This document shows positions 49,935 through 61,400 of a stretch of 64,000 nt of DNA, in pieces. The translations under genes were made by a program, and so were the position numbers. The notes beneath the pieces were generated by a model. That model was not told where the DNA came from. It saw only the letters and a list, made by a program, of their open reading frames with translations, and ran no database searches. Location of the stretch: positions 223,572,001-223,636,000 of the forward strand of contig OZ024740.1 of the NCBI GenBank assembly GCA_964016885.1. The letters are read 5' to 3'. Each line of letters opens with the position of its first letter. Position 1 is the first letter of the stretch. This DNA comes from Eledone cirrhosa. Its lineage: Eukaryota.

Positions 49935-50150
49935 TCGCAGGCCTCATTTGCTTACTGAATGGGGTGGAATACGTCAAATCAGTCCAAGGAAACTGTGTTT
50001 CCATTGCTGGTTCTATCAACCGGTCACATCTCCTAGCAGAAAGAGAAATGTGAAATAAAGTGTTTGCTGAAGGACATAACGCATCACCCGGTCCGGGATT
50101 CGAAATCGCAATCTCACGATTGCAAATCCAATTTTCTAACCACTGAGTCA
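49935..50150 (-). mobile_element. tRNA-derived SINE (family B-related head)
   Basis: Minus strand tgactcagtggttagaa..gatttcgaatcccggaccgg..tgtccttcagcaaacactttatttcac. Confidence 0.65.
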
Positions 50151-51881
50151 CAATAAATATGGAACGCTTCACGACTTTGCATGTGCTCCGCACTAACCTT
50201 CTCTATATAGTAGTTCCAATTTTAGAATATGTACTGTCGAAGCTAATACATATAAACATCAAATATACGTATTTATCTGTAAATTGAAAGTTAAAAAATA
50301 AATAATTTTAATTCATAGATAGAGATGATTCAAAAGGTACTGACTAAGTACATGCATTGAAAGATTCTAATAACAATCAGAACTTTTCAAGTTATAAAGG
50401 ATATAGTACTTGGCTGGTACGTTATCTTATGAATCGCAGAGGAATGAAAGGCAAAATTGACCCCAGCGATATTTGAACTCCGAATGTAATTGACTTGAAA
50501 AATGGGTAATCCTAAACAATTGCTCAAATCGTTTTGTAACAGATGTTTCTCAAATAACTTTATTCGGTGAAAATGCACGCGACAACAGCGATATTGGCAA
50601 GCCATATTTTATTATACTTTCAAAAACTCTTTAACATAGAATAAAAGAAAACTCTAGTATACAATACTCGGCAAGTTATCTTTAACTCTTTTAGCTTTAT
50701 ATAATGAAATTATGATAGCAAATTTTATGGAATATCCCATATACAGTGTACAAAAGATACATTTATTTCCACAAAAGAAGGTAACATGTAGTGTTTCTTT
50801 TTTGTTCTTTGTATCGTTTTAACATCAAAGGAAAACAGTTGCACTCTGCTTGACACATCTTTATTTCGTTAGAGTGCTTTTCATTCAAGAGTAACAATTG
50901 TTGATAAGTTATGAATAAGATTTAGGATGTCTTTTTTTTAGAGAGCTGTCAGTCACTCACTGTTTGTTTGTAATTTTACGTTCAAATGTATATATCAATA
51001 TGTTTGAGGTCGTTTTAAAGTGAGTATACAACAGCGTAGTTACAATTTATTTCTTTTAAATAAGATCTTAAGTCTCGTACAGTAATATTTTAAAGCAATT
51101 TTTTCATCAGTTGTCTGTATTTCTAGTTGTTATTTCATTTGTTCACTATGACTTGCTGCGGGATCATAGGTGGAAAGTAAGTACACAAATGGAAATATAT
51201 ATATATAAATATATATAAACATTTCAAAAAATTTAATGCACAAATTCTATTTTGATAGTTTGTGCCATGTCTATTTGAATACATTTTAAGAACATTATTT
51301 TTGCTTATAATTATTTGCAGATTCGGGGTTATTTAGAAATCTTAAAATGTCCCTTATCTTGCAACCCTGTTTCTTCAAATGATGTACAGTGAAGGGCCAC
51401 AGTCCATTTTCATCTGTCTTGAATAGGTTTGAAGCCAAGTACAAGTTTGTCTTGCTTTTTCACAGGTCTTCTTGCACTGTTGCATGCCGAGTGGTTATTG
51501 GTCGACATATAGATCTTTCGCCGCTGGGTGGTATCTAGTGCATGGCAATTTGAGCATAACGACTATGACGTTAGCTTCAGAAGTGACTAGTAGGCTGGAT
51601 GTGCCTTTCAGAAAATATTTCACACAGTACTTTCTCTCCATATGGAAAGTGTCGAACAGATTAATAACTTTTGAGGTCGATTTCCAGGGCTTACAGAAAT
51701 ATTACACAGTGAAAAGAACTGAGGGGCATAACCTGAGTTCCATTTGTTGGTTGATCAAGTTTCATTTACTCAACTTAAAAGTAATAGAGTGGACTCTATT
51801 ACTTTTTATTTGAAAAAGATTACGGCAATTTACAAATCCACACCCGCCTCGGGTTAGAAGGAAATTTTCTTTTTATTCCTT

Positions 51882-52850
51882 ACGAACATCACTTCTAAAC
51901 CCATCGGAAATCACTCGTCCCTCAGGAAACGGACGGTGAAAGAAGGAGCTCCAAATTTTCTTTACGATAATTTTTTCCTTGCGTTTTCTCGTGTGATTTC
52001 AACGAATCTGACATCTAAACCCATCAGAAACCATTCGTGATTTTAGAAAATGGAAGCGGGGGAGGGGACACGCGAAGCTTTGGAATTAGACCCGTCTCCG
52101 TCGGATGGGAATGTTTTCCGTTTTGTTTTTTAGTGTGTGCTGTCAACGAATCTTACCTACAAACCCGTCGGACATCATTCGTTTTTCAGAAAACTAAGGG
52201 GAAAGGAGTCGCACCTCGGAGTTTTCCTTATAATTAATCACATCTCGTGTGTGAGGTGAAATTTTGTCTTAATATGTTTAGTGTATTTTGACTGAATGTT
52301 ACCTTATAAACCATATGCCATCATTTGTTTTTAGTTAACCGTACCTCACAACAAATGTCGGGGACGGCAACTAATTTGCGACCCTTTAAATTAAAAGAAA
52401 TATATTTTGAAAACCATAAAAATATTTCATATGATCCCATTCTTATACTGATATAGGTAAAAATTAAAATAAGTTCAAAATGAAAAATCATAATGGTGAA
52501 CATGAAAAACATTGACATTACCTTATGCAGTACTACTGCTTCTCAGAATGTAATATTTCAGGAATGCTGATGCATGCGTTGTTGGCGATCTGAGTGAGGT
52601 TGATATAAATTGGCTGCCCCAATAAAAAAATTGGTGGAAAATAATTTCATCGTATTTATTTGGAAAACTAAATAAATATCTGACGCGAGATGGGTCTAAT
52701 TGTAATGCATATTCAGTGTGTCCCATTTCCCTCCCGTTTTCTAAAAAATGAGTTATATTCGGTAAAGAAAACACCGAGGGTGTTCCCTCCTTTGCCCTCA
52801 GTTTTCTAACAATTCGAGTGATTTCCGATGGGTTTGGATGTCAGATTCGT
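51882..52850. repeat. Degenerate 120-145-bp repeat units in direct and inverted orientation
   Basis: acgaatctgacatctaaacccatcggaaatcactcg-like motif at 51882, 52002 and 52146 (+) and 52815-52850 (-). Confidence 0.7.
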
Positions 52851-55421
52851 AGCAATTATGCGGACAAAAGAAGAACATTATTTTCAATCGAACGCCAGAC
52901 AGATGCAGATCTACAAACCTACCACAATTATTTTAAATGCCACTAAAACAATTATGTTTAAATCCACAAACATAATCCCCTCCGTAATTGGCTCTGCCCA
53001 TAATCTCTTAACGTAAAAATTAAGTTTTAAAATAGAAAATTTAGTATGTTATAATTAGACTGCAATTACCTGACCGAGACAGGTAACCATTTTCGAGTAA
53101 CTGATTGTTCAAGTAACTAATCTGATAGTAAACAGAGCAATCCATACAAAACACACTAGGTAAAAGAAATGTATTTACGGAGATATATAAGATTTACGAT
53201 CTTAAATGCTTTTTCACCACTATCGAGGCGTTGTAATCTTTCACCTTTCTGTTTGATTGTCAATGGTGTTTGCTTTGTCTACACAAACTTTGCCATAGTC
53301 AAAAACACATCTTATATGCTTTCATATACATTCTTGTTATAAATATAGAACGTTTGAGAGTGTTTTTCGTAAGAAAGCTGTAAAATCGAAACATGGCCAA
53401 ACAAATGATTTTTTTTTTTTTTACGATGACGCTATTATAATTCTATTATAATGTTATAATTACTGGTTATTTTGTCTTCTCTAATTGGGAGGCAGACGAT
53501 TTCACTATTATTGGTGGCAATGCTGGAGAGTCTCAGAATTTGTATTCCTGTCTCTTCTTAGTGAATATATATTATACATTCAAAAATTAAATTTTGATAA
53601 TTGTTTTCATTTTATTTATATATTTATTGAATAATTAAGAGTGACAATCTAACGAGCAATTACTAATTTGTATACTTTCTTTCCACCTCCTCGCCACTCT
53701 CTCTTCCTTCCCACAATCCACTCCATAATGTTGTTTGCCTCTCATTGCCTCTCTTAAGTCTCCCAGTCCATCATCTAAAGAGCAGTAACACACACTTTGG
53801 CAATAACTGAGAGTCTAATCTATCTGAACATATGAAGACATAAAAAGAACGTTAGTTATAATGAAAGAACGTAAGTGAAATTGTATATATAAGACATTAC
53901 ACCATTAGTTAATAAAGCCCATTAATAAAATTAAAGACCAAGGACAATCTATCAAAATAACGTTTGATTTCAAAGGCTGTGATAGAGAGAGCAATGACAT
54001 ATTCTCTACATTTCTCACATATTGCTTTCCGAACATCTGATAGGTGGCTAAAGATAATGTTTCTGTTACAGATAAATACAGTACTTACGGAATATAGATT
54101 CTCTGTTTATATTAATATATAAATGTTATAGTTGTAGTAATTCTATAATGAGATCATTGCATTAATCATTATTTTAGATTAACAATCTATTCCAGATTCA
54201 CAAGCAATATATTACAAATTTTTCCATTAAAAAAAATCTGCAGGGTTAATACATCATTTAAATAAGGATTGATGTAAAAATATTTCTGAAATTTATAGCA
54301 TTTTTAAAAGGATTATAAATTTGTTTTGCTGAATTATATTCTTCATTCAGTTTATTGAAGCACCATCGAAATATATACATATTATTACATTTACAGCCAT
54401 GTGATTCTGTGAAACAATGGTGTCAATAACAGTTCTTGATGACACATTGTTGCTAAGCAATGCTGATTTACTCACCAAAATAATTTCCAGACTTGGAAAA
54501 TCAATGAATTGTCTAATCATTTAACACTAGCATAATGTAAAAGTTAATCAAAGATTGCGATAAAATGTGTTCTAATCAGTATGACCAGCACTTAACTGTG
54601 GTTCAGTTGATTTCAATACAGTCAGTTCAGTATAACAATGTCCTTATGGTGTTATAGACAGTTGAATGTATAAGAGAAGATATATGTGTGAAATTTCTCT
54701 CTTTTGGGAAGATTGATAGGCTTTAACAAGCAGACTTTTATACATTATGTTCTTCACTGATAAGATATTTCAGATCAATAGTTGTAACTTATGTTCAACT
54801 AGTTAGGTTTACTTTATTTTACTTTACTTTGGTTCTGGAAGAGTTGAGGTCATTTACCAGGAAATCAATATATTATAAACTAGCTAAATAATTGAACAAG
54901 CGAATTACAGTAGATATGTACCTTTCATTGTCACTGTATCCCCAACACAACATCATTATCAATGTCCTTGATGTCCTTGGGTTGGGTTCTGCTGGATGGG
55001 AACACCACATATTGTGATGGTAATTACATTAAGAAATCACCTTGGAGACGCAGTTTCACGGTTTCGCAACTAAATTACCACGATTTAATTCTTTCTCACA
55101 TGTTCTCTTTATATCTGCACATGTTTCAATGTGAACATGTATTTGCTATTCAATCCTAGATTAACCGACAATAAATTTGATTTAATTAACAGACTTGTAT
55201 ATTGTGAGAAACTTTTAATTATTTGAGTGAATAGAATTAGGTATCACCATATTTAGTGATTATATAAAATAAAATGTCTTATAATCTAATAGAGTTACAG
55301 ACAAACCACAACGCATAAGTGATACATAAATTGTACAAGTTCTGGGGTTTAGTGATAACAAAATTGAAACATCTTAACATAAAGATGGTGGAAAGTAGAT
55401 TCTGTTCAGATTATATATTAA

Positions 55422-55642
55422 GGGCAATGGATTAGCAGTATCAGTAGCAAGTCAGACAACATGCTTTGCAGCATATAGTTATGATCCTTTACGATTTGAG
55501 TTCAATCTCATTGGGGACAACTTTGCATTTCATCTTTATGGGGTCGATAAAAAAAGTACCAGTAACGCACTTGGGTCGATTTAATCGACTTTCTCTTCCC
55601 TCAAAAATTGTTGGTCTTGTGCCTAAATCAAAAACCATTATT
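55422..55642 (+). mobile_element. SINE family A, older copy
   Basis: gagttcaatctc..ctttgcatttcatctttatggggtcgataaaaaaagtaccagt. Confidence 0.75.
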
Positions 55643-56059
55643 TATTAAGCTACAATATCTTTGGTTATTACATATACTGCATATATCTGTTGTATAAGAT
55701 GCACAAGTGGATAAGGTAACCATCATTTTGCATATATTTGCAGTATAGCACATATTTTGAATTCAGTTTTTAAAAGTCCATTAAAGTGATGATCTGATTT
55801 TTTACGTATTTTCATGGAAAAGGGTGTCATTAATACATGAGACGGGAAATTATTGGGGATCTTTATGCAATATTTTTGAAGCTATTTTATAGCAACTAAC
55901 TGTGGTTGCCGATAATTTCTACATGAGTTTCCTGCATCTCATAAAGTAAGTTATATTCTCTGCAATTATTAGTTTGGAAATTCGAGCTTCTTACACAATG
56001 TTTGTTTAGATTTTCAAAAGATGTTTGATTCTGCTCCTTATTTAGGCAGTAAGATGCCA

Positions 56060-56235
56060 GTGATCATTTAGCTCAATCGCTAGAGCACCTAGCCAGCATC
56101 TGGGTGATGCAGCGTTCGACTCATTGTAGGACTATTTTGAATGTCTCTAGAGATCAAGACCAAATTCATATTTGCTATCTTATAGCAACTGACTGTAATT
56201 GCAATTATTTCCTGCCTCTGAGCTCCCTACATCTT
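56060..56235 (+). mobile_element. tRNA-derived SINE-like remnant (third family)
   Basis: tagctcaatcgctagagcac..gttcgactc head; 3' part similar to 55880-55940. Confidence 0.45.
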
Positions 56236-56284
56236 TTTCTTTATATATATATATATGTGTGTGTAAATGTGTAAATGTGTATGC

Positions 56285-56320
<36 letters not shown>

Positions 56321-56557
56321 TTTTTGATGGCCATTGACTCGTATTAGTTCTTCCGCCCTTTGTCAGATTTTGTTTTTTGTCCTGCAGGGTGTCCTAAATC
56401 ACCCTCCTCAGCAAGTAAGCTTGGTGGAGTTGTTGGTTTAGTTACCAACGACCTGACCATGCGACAGGTTGTATTGGGTTGCATGTTACCAGTAGCACTC
56501 AAGAGTTACCTGACACACACACACACACAAATATATATACCAGAAATTACTCTGCTA

Positions 56558-56593
<36 letters not shown>

Positions 56594-56749
56594 TCTTAAT
56601 AGGCATTTGAACTGTCAACAGGCTGCGGCACGCACACACATCCCTGCTGACCATTATCACAACAACGAACCTCTTTACTACTACTACACACAGACACACA
56701 CACACACACATATTTGTCTTGAAATACTTATTTTTCAGTGACTTCTCAA

Positions 56750-57075
56750 TCAGCAGAGACAAACCTACATTTGGCGCAAAATCAATTTTTAACATTCACA
56801 TGACCTCTACCGACCAATCAAAATTGTTTTGACCACAAGAATTTTTGCAACACGAATTGGCGCCAAACTTATTTTAATACCGCTGGAGCCACTTTTTTTT
56901 AACATAAAACAGGTAGAATTTCCAAAACTAATCAGATTAGAGCAAACATCACGAGCGCTCTATCTCAAAATTATTTTTGAAAAGCATTAGAAATACGCAA
57001 CCGGTAAAACTTAAAACCAAAACTGAATACTAAACAATACTATTAATAATTTTTACTTATTCCTAATAAAACTAT
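56750..57075 (+). mobile_element. Solo pLTR related to 21630-22060
   Basis: Shared accaatcaaaatt, ttggcgc, ccactttttt..cataaaaca and decayed hammerhead tttgaaaagca..gcaaccggtaaa. Confidence 0.6.
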
Positions 57076-57375
57076 TTTTCACTGGGAAATTTGTCAGCAT
57101 TTTCTTTTCCTTTTACCAATATATATATATATATATATATACATACATATATATATCTTTTATATATATAAGTATGTACACGTACATACATATATCTATA
57201 CAGACGTACCGTAGTATGTATATATATATACATACATGCACACATATATATATATGTACGTATGGATTCACCGAACATTTATTATAATGCTCGGTGTGTT
57301 TGTAAACAAACATCCCGTATTAAGCCGTAGTGTCTAACAACCATCGTTGCTCGTTTGTTCAACACTGACAAAGGA

Positions 57376-57418
57376 ACGCTGTACTAGTTTCAAGCTTATT
57401 AGCTATCGTCAGCAACGT
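57376..57418 (-). ncRNA. Minimal type I hammerhead motif, copy 1
   Basis: ACGUUG-CUGACGA-U-AGCU-AAUA-AGCU-U-GAAACUAGUA-CAGCGU. Confidence 0.8.
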
Positions 57419-57795
57419 ATACCTTCCTGCCAGATTGTTGAACTTATATACTTACCTTATGCATATTAATGGCTGAGTAGCACAATTTGCATATCGAGTG
57501 GGTTAATCGGCCGGGTGCACCGAAAACGATGAACGGAAAAAATGAAACGAAATTTCATTTCCCAATCTTAGTACGGCTGTTACTTAAATATAAGTATGTA
57601 CACGTACATACATATATATATACAGACGTACCGTAGTATGTATATATATATACATACATGCACACATATATATATGTACGTATGGATTCACCGAACATTT
57701 ATTATAATGCTCGGTGTGTTTGTAAACAAACATCCCGTATTAAGCCGTAGTGTCTAGCAACCATATTTGCTCGTTTATTCAACACTGACAAAGAA

Positions 57796-57838
57796 ACGGT
57801 GTACTAGTTTCAAGCTTATTAGCTATCGTCAGCAACGT
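57796..57838 (-). ncRNA. Minimal type I hammerhead motif, copy 2
   Basis: Same core; one stem I mismatch (CACCGU). Confidence 0.75.
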
Positions 57839-58048
57839 ACGTCTGTATACATATATGTATGTACGTATACATACTTATATTTAAGTAACAGCCGTACTAA
57901 GAGTGGGAAATGAAATTTCGTTTCATTTTTTCCGTTTATAGTTTTCGGTGCACCCGGCCGATTAACCCACTCGATATGCAATTGGGCTACTCAGCCGTTA
58001 ATATGCATAAGGTAAGTATATACGTTCAACAATCTGGCAGGAAGGTAT

Positions 58049-58089
58049 ACGTTGCTGACGATAGCTAATAAGCTTGAAACTAGTACAGC
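58049..58089 (+). ncRNA. Minimal type I hammerhead motif, copy 3
   Basis: acgttg ctgacga tagctaataagctt gaaactagta cagc. Confidence 0.75.
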
Positions 58090-58411
58090 TTTCCTTTGTC
58101 ACTGTTGAACAAACGAGCAACGATGGTTGCTAGACACTACGGCTTATAAAGGGATGTTTGTTTACAAACACACCGAGCATTATAATAAATGTTCGGTGAA
58201 TCCATACGTACATATATATATGTGTGCATGTATGTATATATATATACATACTACGGTACGTCTCTATACATATATATATGTACGTGTACATACTTATATT
58301 TAAGTAACAGCCGTACTAAGAGTGGGAAATCAAATTTCATTTCATTTTTTCCGTTTATCTTTTCTATATATATATATGTATATATGTATATGCATGTATA
58401 TATGTATATGC

Positions 58412-58457
<46 letters not shown>

Positions 58458-61400
58458 GCATGTATATATATATGTATATATGTATATGCATGTATGCATG
58501 TGTATGTATGTGAGTGGGGACATAGAAATAATCAGCCTGGATACCTGATTGCACAGTTAAACCACTGGGAGTGAAAGACCCCTGGACTTTGTCAGGGCAT
58601 CCTTCTAGGAGAAGGCAACTCAGGAAACTGGGATAACTCCAACATAAAACCTGCTGCTCAGTAGTTACTGATGATGTTGATCTTTTCTTCTTTTCAGGTT
58701 CTACCTACTGTCGCTAAGAGAGTGGGGTTGACTCAAAGCACAGTCTTTTCTCACTTTAAAAAGAAATCTTCACACACAGGCAGGAATTGCACGATAGCAT
58801 TAATTGATGATTATTAATGATGTCATATTGTTCAATGGCCATGCTCAATAATGAGCGGGCAGCCATCATATGTATATATATGTAAGTATATGTATATATG
58901 TATAAGTATGTATATATATATATATGTATATATATATGTATGTTTATAATGCAACAGGTAGATATCTGATCATATGTATAACCTTTAAGATATTTGAAAT
59001 GACAGTGCTTGGTTAGCAGTTAGCAAGGTTAGAGAATTTGCTCTTTGTGGAATCCATTATACAGGATTTAATGAAACAGTATCTCAAATGTGAAGGTGTT
59101 CATTTAGAGGGATTATCTTGATGCCCAGCAGCAGTATCAATGGGCAGAAACAATGGGTCTCATTTCACACACATTTAAGTATCCTCATGAAATTTTATCA
59201 GTCCCACCCAGGTAACTGCTTGTAGAGGAGATGGGCACTGACAACCATTTCTAAGGCTCCTTGAAATTCCTTGACTGAAACACAGTGAAGCATCTAGTGT
59301 CACACCAATGACTATATGCATTAGCTATGAGAATTGGATTGATATTGTTATAATTTCATAAATTGAGATAGATCACTACAGAGATGAGAAGAGAGGGAGA
59401 CTGAACAGCTTTGTGTAGATAGGAGCTAGATACTTGACTAAGTTGAATTGAAGCAAATAGAAATATTTTGCTCTTTCAACACTCCTGTTTGTTGACATTT
59501 CTTGACCATTAAGTAGAAATAATGTCACAGACATATAAGAATTATGGGTAAAATGTATTTAAAATTACTTCTCAGTTCAATTGCATGATTCCAAATGTCA
59601 TGTAAATTCATTTAAGTATTCTTAACAGAGTCTTAGAAAATTCCATAAATAGATTGTATTATCATGAACATTTTGATATATTAAGACAATAGCTTCTATC
59701 AAATACAATGTTTAGAAAATTGATATTCATTGTTCATTCAAATTATCTTTTTCATGAAATCATTAAATTAATATATTCTATTAAGTATTTGTATATCTGA
59801 TAAGTTTCAAATTAATAATTTCTAAAGATAATGATAATAAAAAAAAAGTAGGTAAAGTAAATGGTTTGTCCTTAGACATATTTGTAACTTTGAAAGCAAT
59901 TGTAGAATATAACGAGTGAAGTTAATTCACTAAAATAAATGTTCATAAATACATTCTAATCCACAAACATCTGAGTTTAAAGTTTGAACATAATACAAAA
60001 TACAAAGAGAAAAATATATTTTCTGATGAATGTATTCTATGGAGAGATTTATAATGTTAAATTCAAAGTATCTCCCATGAAAAGCGTTTATTAAATTAAT
60101 TAAGAAAGATAAGTATTTTGGAATTAGAGCTAATTCAATTGATAGAATATCAATGAAATTTGAAACTAAAAGATGCAATGGCTCTGATAATGTCCTGTTC
60201 CTTATCCACAAACAATGCACTGAGAGCAAATGACTATACTCCCTAAATTCTTCAATATCTCCTCCCTACATTTATATATTGCGATCTGATGACAAGAGAG
60301 TGACTATTTGGATTCTGTTACTTGTATCAGTTAGAATCTATGGTCAAGACATTAACATTGTTACCAAAATGCTTGAAACAACCTCTGGTTCTACAATAAA
60401 ATATATGTTTAATACCATGCACCCTAATGTTATGTACGAATAGATGTTAAGTTATGCTCTAAAATGAGAACGTTAGCTATATTACTAAGTCTCTCTTGAT
60501 TAATTTTGAGATGATTTGAAAATCATAGGCAGTGTTTTTTATTAGAAATATGGTAAAAACAAGATTACTATAAATATTTTTCGGGGCTCACAGTTCACAA
60601 ACTGAGTGAAAATTTAAATTTTAATATTCTTGTTTGCATTGTTGAGCTCTCGTCTTCTTGTTAGTATTGATAGAAGAGATGATCTAGTATTTTCTATAGA
60701 TAAACTGTATGAAAATGAACTCATCATTGCTGCAGTAGTACCTTTCTATGTAAACAACGGCTATATTATAATTATGAAAATGCCTAAAACTTGTAGATCA
60801 AATCGAAAAATGAAAATAAAGGTAAGAAAATCGCTTTTCTGCTTTAATTCAAAATAGTAAAATAAAACATTAAAACATAAAATGTGTCTTTAAAATAATA
60901 ATGTTCTCTAGGTTATATATGGTCAAATGCCTGGAGAAACATAATTTGCAATCTTAAGTGGACAAATGATCTAGCCATTCTGAAATCATGACTTCTGTTG
61001 TAAAGAACACATAAAAACAACCAAATAAATTAAATAAAATGTAAATTTATATCAGACTTGCTTGAAGCTAAAGAAATCAAACATGACCATTACATCCATA
61101 ATTTGACATTAAAAATTATAGCTACTAACAATTGAAGATATTTGTAGAGGATACATATTCACACTGCAAGTTTTGTTGAAAAACAAAAATGTCTGATATT
61201 GGCAAATCATTTCAACAGATTATATAAATTTTGTGTGCTTAAATTCGTTTCCTTTTTATCACCTTCTTTGCTCTAAAGAGATAATTATAAAGTAAATATA
61301 CTGAGGGCATAGTTAATTAGAAGAGAAAGAATGAAAACAGTGATATCAATATTAGTTTGCCTAAATGTAAAATAAGAATGGTTCATGATGAAGACGTATA

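Larger units (their letters stand above)
57165..58358. mobile_element. 420-bp hammerhead-containing repeat: about 1.6 tandem copies (-) fused to about 1.2 inverted copies (+); retrozyme or pLTR array
   Basis: Lines 57301-57419 and 57721-57839 are near identical at a 420-bp offset; inversion at 57837-57839; three hammerhead motifs; no coding remnant. Confidence 0.9.

Noticed and set aside
51320-51813. Moderately GC-rich stretch with a 113-aa ORF
   Set aside because: No recognisable motif on either strand; the minus-strand frames examined were interrupted by stops.
56060-56125. Possible tRNA gene
   Set aside because: A and B boxes present but acceptor and T stems do not close; SINE head more likely.
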